A DNA stretch of 59,139 bases from Candidatus Tayloriibacteriota bacterium (GCA_039934295.1 JBDTMN010000006.1:1-59139); one strand, 5' to 3'. Positions 34,641 through 43,858 are shown, numbered from the stretch's first letter. The notes: generated from the letters alone by a model not told the origin. Numbers and translations are program-made.

Positions 34641-35573
34641 ATGGAAAAAAAGGAAAATAAAATTCTGGTGGTTGGGTCGGTGGCGTTTGACGTGATTTTT
34701 GAATTGACGAGTGCGATACGGGAGCAGGTAAGTGTCGAAGGAGGAAAAGCGGGGAAGCAGAATCTCATGTTTACCGCGAAGGGCAAAGAGCAGTTTTTTG
34801 GAGGCACGGCAGGGAACATCAGTTATGGGCTGGGGATTTTGGGGGCAAAACCTTTACTTTTTTCAGTTGCGGGGAAAGATTTCGCGCAGGATTATGAAAA
34901 ACATCTCCGCAAGGTTGGAGTAGATGTAAAAGTGAAGATTATTTCCGAAGGGTGGACGGGAGTGTACTATGGAATGACGGATACTCTAGGAGAGCAAGTT
35001 GGTGTGTGGCAACCGAACGCATACGGTGAGCACATCGGTAAAACTCATCTTGAAGCGACAATCAATTCAGATGAACTCAAAGAAGTGGAGGTAGCTATTT
35101 TTTCTCCCGGGACGCCGGAGAGTACCCTGATGCATATGAAGGAATTTCGCGAGCTCAACAAAAAGGCGAGGATGATTTTTGACCCGGGGCAGAGCTTGAT
35201 GGCGCTCTATCACAAATCGCAATTTGCCCAGGCGCTAAAAATAGCCGATATTTTTATTTCAAACGATATTGAAATTTTGCACGCGAAAAACCATTTTGGT
35301 TTTGCGCTTGAAGAAACTCTTCGCGAGGGCAAAGTAGTGATTGAAACAAAGGGAGAAAGGGGGAGCATCATATTTCAAGATGGAAAAGAACCCTCTCTCA
35401 TCCCCGTCTTCAAACCGAAAAAAATGGTTGACCCGACGGGCGCTGGAGACGCATACCGAGCCGGACTTTTATTCGGACTCTCACAAGGGCTCTCACTTCG
35501 TGAGTCGGCGATTAGTGGAGCGAAAGTGGCAACAAGATGTATTGAAAAAAGGGGAGCACAGGGATATAAGTAA
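34641..35573 (+). CDS. PfkB-family carbohydrate/nucleoside kinase (adenosine kinase plausible from context)
   Basis: C-terminal signature DPTGAGDAYRAG. Adjacent to ahcY. Confidence 0.8.
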   Translation: MEKKENKILVVGSVAFDVIFELTSAIREQVSVEGGKAGKQNLMFTAKGKEQFFGGTAGNISYGLGILGAKPLLFSVAGKDFAQDYEKHLRKVGVDVKVKIISEGWTGVYYGMTDTLGEQVGVWQPNAYGEHIGKTHLEATINSDELKEVEVAIFSPGTPESTLMHMKEFRELNKKARMIFDPGQSLMALYHKSQFAQALKIADIFISNDIEILHAKNHFGFALEETLREGKVVIETKGERGSIIFQDGKEPSLIPVFKPKKMVDPTGAGDAYRAGLLFGLSQGLSLRESAISGAKVATRCIEKRGAQGYK

Positions 35574-35661
35574 ATTCGAAATATTTTTAGCCGAAAAAGT
35601 GATATTATTCCTTTTCAATTAAATATAAAAAGAGCATACTGTACATGCATAAATTAAACGC

Positions 35662-37011
35662 ATGAAAAAAATTCTCAGTAAAATTGCAATAATTTTTTCT
35701 GTTTTGGCTGTACTTATTCTAATATTGCTAGTAATTATCTTGTTTCTCCCTTCAGTATTAAGTCTTTTCTCAAAAGATATTGACCCTCCAGATGTCTCGG
35801 ATATTCAAGTAAAGATTCTTGCTATAAATACAGAAAATAATAGCTATTTCGACTTAATTAAAATTGATAAAAATATTTATATACCGGAAGACAAGATGCT
35901 GATCTTAAACTATGCACAGGGCGAATCGTGGAATGACGAGGTTGTTGCGGATTTACTGTCAAAAAACAGCGAAGCGCTTTCCTATTTTACGGATGCTTCA
36001 ATAAGGAGCGCTTATCAGGACATGACAATAGATCCTGCAACATTTTCGGCGAATACCATCTTGCCACCGATGTCTAGCTGGAGGACAGCATCGCAACTAA
36101 GTTCTATCAAGGCTCGCTATTTGGCCAAGCAAGGAAAGACTACCGAAGCCATTGAGGAAGCGTTTAAATCGCTTGCCGTTGGACATCAAATTCAAAACTC
36201 CCAGTCTCCTCTCATTGAATATCTAGTATCACTCGCTTTAAAAAATCTTGCGCTTCAGACGATGCAAAGTATCATCACTGATAATAAATTGTCTACGGCA
36301 GAGATTACCAAAATCATTCCCAAAATAGATTTATATTTGGATAATGGAGAAGGACTGAAAAATGCATTTAAGTTGGAAGGTATGATGGGTAGTCGCGAAT
36401 TGGACTCAATTGCTTACGTGTCAAATAAGACGATGGAAGAGATTGTTAATAATCTAACCGCTGATGGCGCAGAAAAAGATTCGCTCGGTATTCTCACTGT
36501 CGGTCGAAATAAGAACTATTATTTTAAGGTTAATAAAACTAAACAAATTGCTGCCGAATATGTTCGTAATCAAGTAAAAAATGTGGATGAGACTTGTGAA
36601 GTCTCTCTTCGTCCGCGGAATGAAGAGAAACTTGTTACTGACCTGTCTCCCACAAGTCTTTACTTTTCGGAAAATGCAATAGGAAAAATAATGCATGATA
36701 CAGTAATGCTTGGTTTAAATGGAGTGTTTGAGAAGAGGTGCGAAGAGAATTTCAGACTTTCTTCCACAAAGTTACTTTTTGCAATCAAAGCGTATAAAAA
36801 TGATAGAGGGGAACTTCCCCCAGTACTCGCGGATCTTACTCCAATTTACATTGATTCAATACCAAAAGATCCGTATGACGGAGAAGATGTTAGATATGAT
36901 ATAAATAAGAAGATTATTTATTCAGTCGGTAAGAATGGAAAAGATCTAGGAGGTAGTGATGATGTGGATTGGAATAAATCCGAGAATCCGTCAGTAAAAA
37001 TTGGTTTTTAG
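35662..37011 (+). CDS. Membrane-anchored hypothetical protein with pseudopilin (GspG C-terminal)-like tail
   Basis: N-terminal TM segment. The C-terminal IPKDPYDGEDVRYD...IYSVGKNGKD resembles the T2SS GspG C-terminal pattern. Confidence 0.45.
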   Translation: MKKILSKIAIIFSVLAVLILILLVIILFLPSVLSLFSKDIDPPDVSDIQVKILAINTENNSYFDLIKIDKNIYIPEDKMLILNYAQGESWNDEVVADLLSKNSEALSYFTDASIRSAYQDMTIDPATFSANTILPPMSSWRTASQLSSIKARYLAKQGKTTEAIEEAFKSLAVGHQIQNSQSPLIEYLVSLALKNLALQTMQSIITDNKLSTAEITKIIPKIDLYLDNGEGLKNAFKLEGMMGSRELDSIAYVSNKTMEEIVNNLTADGAEKDSLGILTVGRNKNYYFKVNKTKQIAAEYVRNQVKNVDETCEVSLRPRNEEKLVTDLSPTSLYFSENAIGKIMHDTVMLGLNGVFEKRCEENFRLSSTKLLFAIKAYKNDRGELPPVLADLTPIYIDSIPKDPYDGEDVRYDINKKIIYSVGKNGKDLGGSDDVDWNKSENPSVKIGF

Positions 37012-37121
37012 AGTGGCGATAAGTAATACGGATTTGGTCCAATTATTAAATGTAATTAAGAGTGCCTTTTTTTACTGTTTCCGCTAAAATCTATTACCTC
37101 GGAACTAAGAACTCATTCAGG

Positions 37122-37424
37122 ATGCATAAAAGAACTCCGACATTTCTCATGGCGAATTTAGGAGCAGAAGTTACTCGGCTACTTTCTTCCCATGCTCGCG
37201 GAGACCAAAAGGCAATTGTGGGGAGTTTTCAGAGAGCAATCGGGATTATTAGGGAAATTGAATCATTTCCAGAGATGTCGAAGAGAAAAAAAGAACTTGA
37301 AATACTGGAGGGAGTGATTCGCGAATATTCGTCGGGAGATAAAAACACGTATCTCGTGCCATCGGAGCAGATTAAGAAATATTTTACTCCCTTTGCAATG
37401 CGTGTACTAATCGCCCAAAAATAG
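37122..37424 (+). CDS. Hypothetical protein
   Basis: ORF in frame with 37062..37424, with the internal ATG preferred. No motif recognised. Confidence 0.4.
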   Translation: MHKRTPTFLMANLGAEVTRLLSSHARGDQKAIVGSFQRAIGIIREIESFPEMSKRKKELEILEGVIREYSSGDKNTYLVPSEQIKKYFTPFAMRVLIAQK

Positions 37425-37428
37425 CTTT

Positions 37429-37773
37429 ATGAAAGTGAGAGGCAAAGTCGAAAAAGGAAAAGGAGAAGGGGAGAGGCTCGGATATCCCACAGCAAACATT
37501 CCTCTCAAGGAAAAACTTGCGAGCGGAATTTATCGGGGGAGCGTAATGATTGGGGGAGACACTTATTCTGCCGCCCTTTTCGTGAATGTCGCGGGGACTC
37601 TTTTGGAGGCGCATGTTTTGGACTTTACGGGAGATTTATATGGAAAAGAGATTGAGGTAGAGTTGAAGGAAAAAATAAGGGACGTTATCCCCTTTGAAAG
37701 CGAAGAGCAGATGCGGGCTATTATTATTGATGATATTCTAAAGATAAGGAGCAAAAGCAAGAGTATAGGTTAG
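37429..37773 (+). CDS. Riboflavin kinase (stand-alone RibF C-terminal domain)
   Basis: GKGEGERLGYPTANI, LEAHVLDFTGDLYGKEIEV, and F.S.E.L motifs of flavokinase. Confidence 0.8.
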   Translation: MKVRGKVEKGKGEGERLGYPTANIPLKEKLASGIYRGSVMIGGDTYSAALFVNVAGTLLEAHVLDFTGDLYGKEIEVELKEKIRDVIPFESEEQMRAIIIDDILKIRSKSKSIG

Positions 37774-37825
37774 AGCAATACTTTTTCAAGAAAATTTAGT
37801 AGAATATGGTGATAGTAAAAAGACA

Positions 37826-38221
37826 ATGAAAAGATTCACAATAACTTTCTTTTCCCGGCTGGCGCTCTTCGTCGTTTATTTTTGGTTCGGCCTCCTTAAA
37901 GTTCTTGGTGAAAGCCCCGCGAACCCGCTTGTGAGCGGGCTTCTTGAGCGGACTTTGCCGTTTCTGACATTTGACCAGTTCATTGTTGCGTTTGGATTTT
38001 TCGAGATGTTTCTGGGTGTCTTGTTTCTCACAGGCAGGTTCCGCAGAATTACTGTAGTGTTATTTTCTCTCCATATGATTGCCGTTTTTTTACCGCTTTT
38101 TCTACTTCCTCAAATCGTGTGGCAAAGGAGCTGGATACCAACCCTCGAGGGGCAGTATATTATTAAAAATATTGTTATTATTGCCCTCTATCTTAATGTA
38201 TACAAAAAAAAGATGTTTTAA
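37826..38221 (+). CDS. Membrane protein, hypothetical (4 TM)
   Basis: ORF of 131 aa, strongly hydrophobic. Confidence 0.5.
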   Translation: MKRFTITFFSRLALFVVYFWFGLLKVLGESPANPLVSGLLERTLPFLTFDQFIVAFGFFEMFLGVLFLTGRFRRITVVLFSLHMIAVFLPLFLLPQIVWQRSWIPTLEGQYIIKNIVIIALYLNVYKKKMF

Positions 38222-38223
38222 GC

Positions 38224-38350
38224 TAGGACTTTCGAGTTTGGCGCATTTCTTCGTTGCTTCGGTCGTTTGCTCCTTCGCAGTAGTATCTAACTACAGCTCA
38301 GTCGCAAGCTTCCCTCGCGCCTTGAACTGCATCCAAACTCGTAAGTCCTA
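38224..38350. mobile_element. 127 nt hairpin element B1
   Basis: TAGGACTTTCGAGTTTGG ... CCAAACTCGTAAGTCCTA close the element. The 50 nt core at 38249-38298 is shared with B2. The last 14 nt are then partly duplicated (GTAAGTCCTAAAAA twice). Confidence 0.65.
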
Positions 38351-38411
38351 AAAATGTAAGTCCTAAAAAATGATAATCTGATTTATAATTATTCGTTATT
38401 TATTTCAATTT

Positions 38412-38870
38412 ATGGATATTTTTATTGCTCAATTTGAATTATTCGATATCGTTCTCATCGCTTCACTTTTGGGGGGAGTTATCGGGCTTGAACGGGAGAC
38501 AAGCCACATTTCCGCGGGTCTTCGAACTCATATGCTTATCGCCGCGTCGGCCGCAACCCTCGTGTCGCTTGGCACGATTCTTTCGGAGTCGTATCTTGCG
38601 GTTTTACCTCTCGATTCGCTCAAAGTTGACCCTATCGGAATTTTTCAAGCGATAATCGTGGGAATCAGCTTCATCGGTGGCGGAATTATTTTCCGAGATA
38701 AAGATGGAGAGCATGTAAAGAACCTCACCACCGCGGCTTCAATTCTTCTTACATCGGGAGTCGGCATTGCTGTGGCTCTCCATCAATTTTATTTTGCCGT
38801 GGGTATAACCATTCTCGTTGTTTTTGTGAATCATATACTCTATAAGGTTGAAAAGAAGTATATTAACTAA
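38412..38870 (+). CDS. mgtC: MgtC/SapB-family membrane protein
   Basis: LLGGVIGLERE...AGLRTHMLIA signature. Length 152 aa. Confidence 0.85.
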   Translation: MDIFIAQFELFDIVLIASLLGGVIGLERETSHISAGLRTHMLIAASAATLVSLGTILSESYLAVLPLDSLKVDPIGIFQAIIVGISFIGGGIIFRDKDGEHVKNLTTAASILLTSGVGIAVALHQFYFAVGITILVVFVNHILYKVEKKYIN

Positions 38871-39109
38871 ATAGGACAGCAGAATTTAGCGCTCTCCTTC
38901 GTTGCTTCGGTCGTTTGCTCATTCGCAGTAGTATCTAACTACAGCTTGGTCACCCTCCTTACAGGAGCAGTACACTCTTCACATTTCGCAGACGAAACGT
39001 TCAGAGTCTTGCGGAGCTTCAAGTATTCGCTCCTCACCTCCCTCGTGCCTCCTAGACCGTCTGACGACGTCGGACCAGGTCGGATAGCATCTAAATTCTG
39101 CTGTCCTAT
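38871..39109. mobile_element. 239 nt hairpin element B2
   Basis: ATAGGACAGCAGAATTTAG ... CTAAATTCTGCTGTCCTAT close the element. The core at 38897-38946 matches B1 at 49 of 50 positions. ORFs 38939..39181 and 38946..39152 lie inside it and are judged spurious. Confidence 0.65.
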
Positions 39110-39204
39110 CGGATCGTCGTGCATCAGTGATTTTGATGTATTTTTTGATTGAAAATCTTCAGGTACTGTAATATGATTCAAAGGTTCCTTAGAATTGTAA
39201 GTAT

Positions 39205-39504
39205 GCCGATGTAGCTCAGTTGGTAGAGCACGTCATTGGTGGGTCGTCACTCCTGCCCATACTGGAAGTAATTCCCGTATGAATCCCGAATTACGGTTAA
39301 TATCCTGCACTATTTTTTTACCATATTTCGTAAACAAAATAGTGAAGGACAAGACCGTTCCGCCTAAGGCGGACGAACGACTGACAAGGGCTTCCCGTCA
39401 CTTTTTTTACAAAAAGTGACGGGAAGAAGATACAGTCTAGTCCTTATCGTAAGATGAGGTGTAAACGAATGACGAGGTCTCCGGTTCAATCCCGGACATC
39501 GGCT
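39205..39504 (+). tRNA. tRNA-Thr (anticodon GGU) interrupted by a 227 nt intron after anticodon position 36
   Basis: Exon 1 is GCCGATGTAGCTCAGTTGGTAGAGCACGTCATTGGT (39205-39240). Exon 2 is AATGACGAGGTCTCCGGTTCAATCCCGGACATCGGCT (39468-39504). Joined, they give a canonical 73 nt cloverleaf with loop TTGGTAA. Confidence 0.85.
39241..39467 (+). ncRNA. Group I-like self-splicing intron in the tRNA-Thr anticodon loop
   Basis: The 5' exon ends in U, which can form a U-G wobble in a P1 helix (GGU|GGG with CCUGCC at intron nt 12-17). The intron ends in G (..GTAAACG). Several stable hairpins are present, including a 16 bp perfect stem at 39391-39426. The 3' part (GAAGATACAGTCTAGTCC...AAACG) resembles the Azoarcus tRNA-Ile IC3 intron as I recall it. 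Confidence 0.7.
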
Positions 39505-39534
39505 CCCTAAAATATTTTGGTTGCTAAAATATTA

Positions 39535-39578
39535 GGGCGAACATTTTAAAAAAATTGTTTTAGCCAAAAAGAATCCTG
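39535..39578. repeat. Direct repeat DR1 (island junction)
   Basis: GGGCGAACATTTTAAAAAAATTGTTTTAGCCAAAAAGAATCCTG is nearly identical to 41583-41627. A weaker match extends upstream (39509-39523 versus 41553-41569). Confidence 0.75.
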
Positions 39579-39634
39579 ATTATATTTTCAGATTAATTTT
39601 GCCACCTTACCAATACATTCGCGCAACACGCGAA

Positions 39635-39786
39635 AATGGCAAAAGCAATCAGGGTTGCAGTCGGAGAGTTAATGAAATAATTTTATGAAAAAAGTAAAGA
39701 TTCTGGGGATTGAGGTCAATGATCATGTTATTATTACAAAGACCGGATTTTTTAGTTTTAAGGAGAAAGGGCTACTTGCTTATTAA
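39635..39786 (+). pseudogene. RadC/JAB C-terminal remnant (frame-disrupted)
   Basis: Two short frames, MAKAIRVAVGELMK* and MKKVKILGIEVNDHVIITKTGFFSFKEKGLLAY*. Together they resemble the RadC C-terminus (..AG..LGI.vlDHiIi....YySF.e.Gll). The N-terminal JAB domain is absent. Confidence 0.55.
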
Positions 39787-39839
39787 GTTATCAACAAGCA
39801 ATAGTTGATTATTTTAGTCCGTTTTGGTATATTGACAAT

Positions 39840-40439
39840 ATGGTCAAATTAGTGAATCAGACAATTTTTGCCGCTAAGATAAAGGGGAAAAAGCTCTCTA
39901 TATTCAACGCGAATGATGTTAGGGCTCTCTTTGGAGTGTCTGTAGTTGCCGCCGCCGGGTTGCTCCATAGGTACAAAAAGAGGGGGTTTATTTTGCAGAT
40001 TAAGCGAGGATTTTATGTTTTTCCCGATGCCTTGCCTCCAGATGTTTATGTTGCCAACAAACTATACAGCCCGTCTTACCTGTCACTTGAATTTGCGTTG
40101 TCGTATTATGGGGTTATCCCGGAGACAGTCTATGAAATTACTTCGGTTACAACAAAAGCAACCCGTCGCTTTGAAACGCTAGGCAAGGTTTTTTCTTACC
40201 GGAAAATAAAAAAATCCGCCTTCACTGGTTATGGCATTCAAAAGCAACAAGGGTTGAGTTTTTATATTGCCGATTCCGAGAAAGCCTTTGTAGACACAAA
40301 TTATTTGCGATTGTTAAACAATCAGAAACCGATTTCTCGTTTTCAAAAAGAAAAAGTTAACCAAGCAAAAGCTTTGCGTTACGCAAACTTATTTGGTAAC
40401 CCTAAACTTACAAGTATAATAAAGACCACACTATCATGA
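39840..40439 (+). CDS. Type IV TA system AbiEi-family antitoxin
   Basis: The SYLSLEFALSYYGVIPE motif and a winged-helix N-terminus. It overlaps the downstream toxin gene by 4 nt (ATGA). Confidence 0.8.
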   Translation: MVKLVNQTIFAAKIKGKKLSIFNANDVRALFGVSVVAAAGLLHRYKKRGFILQIKRGFYVFPDALPPDVYVANKLYSPSYLSLEFALSYYGVIPETVYEITSVTTKATRRFETLGKVFSYRKIKKSAFTGYGIQKQQGLSFYIADSEKAFVDTNYLRLLNNQKPISRFQKEKVNQAKALRYANLFGNPKLTSIIKTTLS

Positions 40440-41197
40440 TTTCCAATGAAGCATTGGATAAGCTGGCTCGACATCATCAAACCGGTTTATTTCCAAATAT
40501 AGTTCGAGAATATTTTCAGCATGTATTTTTGGGGGAGCTCTATAAATTGCCGGACTCGGAGAAAATGCTTTTTAAGGGAGGCACAGCACTTCGTATAATC
40601 TACGGTAGTCCAAGATTTTCCGAAGATTTAGACTTTTCATTATTTGGAATTTTACAGACCCAAATTAAGGCTTTTGTTGAAGGATTGTTTTTAAAAGTTC
40701 TTGCAGAAATGGAGCAGATCGGCATTAAAGTTGAGATAGGAGCAAAATCAGACGCAACGAGCGGGGGATATTTCGGCGTAGCAACTTTTAAAATGGTTGA
40801 ATATCAGCCTGTAGCAGTTGAGATTAACATTTCGGCTCGGAATGGACGTGAAATGCGCGGAGAAGTTGATAGTGTGGCGAATGATTTCGTACCAACCTAT
40901 ACGGTTGTTCATTTACAGCAAACTGAATTGGTGGAAGAAAAAATTTTTGGAGCTCTTCGCGAACGTAAAAAACCGAGAGATTTTTATGACCTGTACTTCA
41001 TAATGCGCAAGGGAATTATTTCACTTGATCAAAAAAAACGCCTAGCCGAAGTCAAGAATGTGATTGTAATGGATGCTAAAAAAGTAGATTTTCGCAGCGA
41101 GCTCGGTGCTTTTCTCCCGGTTGACCAACAGGCCGTGATCCGAGATTTTGTCGCAATGCTGGAACGAGAGTTGGATCGCCAACTTGCGCCAGTATAA
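40436..41197 (+). CDS. Nucleotidyltransferase AbiEii/AbiGii-family toxin
   Basis: FKGGTALRIIYGSPRFSEDLDFS signature. Confidence 0.88.
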   Translation: MISNEALDKLARHHQTGLFPNIVREYFQHVFLGELYKLPDSEKMLFKGGTALRIIYGSPRFSEDLDFSLFGILQTQIKAFVEGLFLKVLAEMEQIGIKVEIGAKSDATSGGYFGVATFKMVEYQPVAVEINISARNGREMRGEVDSVANDFVPTYTVVHLQQTELVEEKIFGALRERKKPRDFYDLYFIMRKGIISLDQKKRLAEVKNVIVMDAKKVDFRSELGAFLPVDQQAVIRDFVAMLERELDRQLAPV

Positions 41198-41207
41198 ATT
41201 AGGAACC

Positions 41208-41440
41208 ATGCCAAAAAATATTATAACTACCCCAGAGCAGAAATTCTCCGATGAACTAAAAAAAGAGCTGAAGGGCGCAAAAAATGCTAAATTCGCTGTC
41301 GGCTGGTTTTTTTTCCGGGCTTAAGGAATTAAAGAACGAGATTGATAAATTAGAATCATTGCAGATACTCATTAGCCCTTCAACCAATCGCCACACGGTC
41401 GAGACGATGATGCTGGCAAAAAAAGTTTTAACACGCGCAC
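41208..41440 (+). pseudogene. Remnant of the N-terminus of a PLD-domain helicase/nuclease gene (frameshift in a T8 run, then truncated)
   Basis: MPKNIITTPEQKFSDELKKELKGAKNAKFAVGWFFF, then after a shift FFSGLKELKNEIDKLESLQILISPSTNRHTVETMMLAKK. This resembles the (I/F)AVGYFxxSG...L...iRiLig pattern of PLD-like N-terminal domains. Confidence 0.4.
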
Positions 41441-41582
41441 CCTCCTTCATAAAGCTATGAACGGGAGCCGCGGGAAGAGTGGGGTGAGAAGCGGAACTTC
41501 GCAAGGTCTGAGCCCTACGGGGCGAGGCAGGACCGAAAGATTTTTTAGTAGAAAAATACTTTTGGTTGGAGGTGAGGAATGC

Positions 41583-41627
41583 GGGCGAACAATTTAAAAA
41601 AATTGTTTTAGCCAAAAAAAGCCCTGA
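41583..41627. repeat. Direct repeat DR2 (island junction)
   Basis: GGGCGAACAATTTAAAAAAATTGTTTTAGCCAAAAAAAGCCCTGA, the partner of DR1. Confidence 0.75.
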
Positions 41628-41664
41628 ATCAACTACCCCGCAGCTCTGCTGCGGGGTAGTTGAT
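41628..41664. other. 17 bp perfect palindrome immediately after DR2
   Basis: ATCAACTACCCCGCAGC-tct-GCTGCGGGGTAGTTGAT. Confidence 0.6.
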
Positions 41665-41865
41665 AGTTATGATGAAGAGAATAAAAAGTATCGAGGAGAA
41701 AAGATTATAAATGGAAAATCGGCAGGAATGGCTATCGGTGGTGAAGATTGGCAACTGTTTTTCGTCCACTTAACCATGCTTGGTCTTGCTAATGGGGAGC
41801 CCTGCAAGTTTGAAAAGGAGGATTGAAATATAAGGGGAAATGTGGGATGATAGGAGAATAAAACT

Positions 41866-43692
41866 ATGCAAAAAATAATTGGAAAGGAAAAATCATTAAG
41901 CGATCTTCTTTCTAATAAGAAGTATACGATTCATTATTATCAGCGCGAATACCGTTGGGGTAAAAAACAGATCGAAGAACTCATTGATGATTTAACCGGA
42001 GAATTTTATGAATTTTATGAATCCGGAAATTCTAGAGACATGGTAGAACAATACGGGCATTATTTTTTAGGTTCTATTGTATTTAGTAGCGGTGAAAATC
42101 AAGCTGCAATTATTGATGGCCAGCAACGGCTAACTTCTTTAACCTTGCTATTGATTTATTTAAATAATTTACAAAGAGGTAAATCAGAAAAAGTCGCGAT
42201 CGATCATCTAATATTTTCTGATAGGCATGGCATTCGCTCGTTTAATATCAACGTAGATGAGAGAGAAGCGTGTCTGAATGCTCTTTATACTGATAAGGCA
42301 AGTGATTTCACTGTGACAAATGCCCCTGAAAGCGTAAAAACGATATTTGAGCGCTATCAAGATATAACCGAAATATTTCCAGATGACCTAAGAGATAAGG
42401 CGCTACCATTTTTTATTGATTGGCTAATTTATAACGTTGATCTTGTAGAGATTTCAGCATATACCGAACAAGATGCTCACAAAATATTTGTATCAATGAA
42501 TGACCGGGGTTTAAGTCTAACACCAACAGAAATGCTAAAAGGATTTTTACTTTCTGAAATAAAGTCAGATAAAAGCAGAGTCGATGCAAATGAAATATGG
42601 AAGAAGCAGATTTTAGAACTTACAGAGATAGACACCAAAGAAGATGATGATTTTTTCAAAAATTGGCTAAGGGCTCAATATGCAAATTCAATTCGTGAGA
42701 CAAAAAAGGGTGCGGTCAATGAGGATTTTGATATTATTGGAACCACCTTTCACAAATGGGTCAGAGAGAATGCAAAAAAAATTGGCTTGGTAGAGTCAAC
42801 GGACTATGAACGATTTGTAATGAGCTTTTTACCAAAATACGCTGCAATATACAAATTGCTAAAAAAATATTCTTTAGAATTTAATACTGATTATGAGTGT
42901 GTTTTTTATAACGCTGAACGAAATTTTACACTTCAATATCAAGTCATTCTTTCAGCGATTGATCCTGCTGATACCGATGAAATAGTTAGACAAAAAATCC
43001 AGATTGTTAGTAGATATATTGATCAATACAACGCCCGCCGTAGCTTTAACTTTAAAACGTTGGGTTATAACGCAGTAAAAAATGCCATGTTTGTTGTCTC
43101 GAAGAAAATAAGAAGAAAAACCGCCGAAGAATTGAGAAATATCCTGATTAAAGAATTAGAGGAAATGGACTTTGATTTAGAAGGAATTGACGAATTTTAT
43201 TTAAATCAATTTACAATAAAAAATGTACGTCATGTTTTAGCTAGAATTACTTATTATCTTGAAAAAGGTAGCGGAAGAGATACTGAATTTACTAATTATG
43301 TAGATCGTGAAGTCGAAAATCCCTATGATATAGAGCATATTTGGGCGGATCATTATGAACGATTCACAAATCAGTTTGAAACGGAAAAAGAATTTAAAGA
43401 TGCTAGAAATAGATTCGGTGATCTATTAATTTTGCCTCAAGATAAAAACAGAAGTTTCAATGATGCTACTTATTCGGAAAAATTGCCGATGTATTTTGGC
43501 GAAAATTTATTGGCAAAATCGTTAAATGAAAAATGTTATCAAAATAACCCGCATTTTTTGAGATTTATTGAAAATGAGAAATTAGATTTTAAGGCAATCG
43601 ATGATTTTACTAAAGAAAGTATTCAGTCTCGCCAGCAACTATACAAATCTATTTGTCTAAAGATTTGGGATACCAAATTGTTAGAAAAATAA
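41866..43692 (+). CDS. DUF262 + DUF1524 protein (GmrSD-family type IV restriction enzyme-like)
   Basis: N-terminal YYQREYRW and IIDGQQRLTSL (DGQQR) of DUF262/ParB-like. C-terminal DIEHIWAD...RNRFGDLLILPQDKNRS of the DUF1524 His-Me finger. An AGGAG SD lies 8 nt upstream. Confidence 0.88.
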   Translation: MQKIIGKEKSLSDLLSNKKYTIHYYQREYRWGKKQIEELIDDLTGEFYEFYESGNSRDMVEQYGHYFLGSIVFSSGENQAAIIDGQQRLTSLTLLLIYLNNLQRGKSEKVAIDHLIFSDRHGIRSFNINVDEREACLNALYTDKASDFTVTNAPESVKTIFERYQDITEIFPDDLRDKALPFFIDWLIYNVDLVEISAYTEQDAHKIFVSMNDRGLSLTPTEMLKGFLLSEIKSDKSRVDANEIWKKQILELTEIDTKEDDDFFKNWLRAQYANSIRETKKGAVNEDFDIIGTTFHKWVRENAKKIGLVESTDYERFVMSFLPKYAAIYKLLKKYSLEFNTDYECVFYNAERNFTLQYQVILSAIDPADTDEIVRQKIQIVSRYIDQYNARRSFNFKTLGYNAVKNAMFVVSKKIRRKTAEELRNILIKELEEMDFDLEGIDEFYLNQFTIKNVRHVLARITYYLEKGSGRDTEFTNYVDREVENPYDIEHIWADHYERFTNQFETEKEFKDARNRFGDLLILPQDKNRSFNDATYSEKLPMYFGENLLAKSLNEKCYQNNPHFLRFIENEKLDFKAIDDFTKESIQSRQQLYKSICLKIWDTKLLEK

Positions 43693-43858
43693 ATTTATGG
43701 TCAATAAAATTAAATCTGAAGAACTTATCCAAGCATTAATAAAAATTGGATTAGGGAATTCAAGTAATATCAATTTCAATAGAAATGTGAAATAATTCTA
43801 GCTATATGATTCAAGGTAAAAAATTAATAGTGGAGTTGATGACTTTACTAAATAAAAT

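Noticed and set aside
38079-39181. ORFs 38079..38351, 38425..38655, 38939..39181 and 38946..39152.
   Set aside because: They overlap hairpin elements B1 and B2, or are out of frame within mgtC. Their translations are repeat-derived low-complexity sequence.
41256-41826. ORFs 41256..41615 (-) and 41566..41826 (+).
   Set aside because: They span the helicase remnant, direct repeat DR2 and the 17 bp palindrome. No motif is present and their composition is implausible.
43697-43795. A 32 aa ORF (MVNKIKSEELIQALIKIGLGNSSNINFNRNVK) that faintly resembles the N-terminus of HicA-type toxins.
   Set aside because: It is too short and lacks the GSH motif. It is noted only as possible debris and not annotated.
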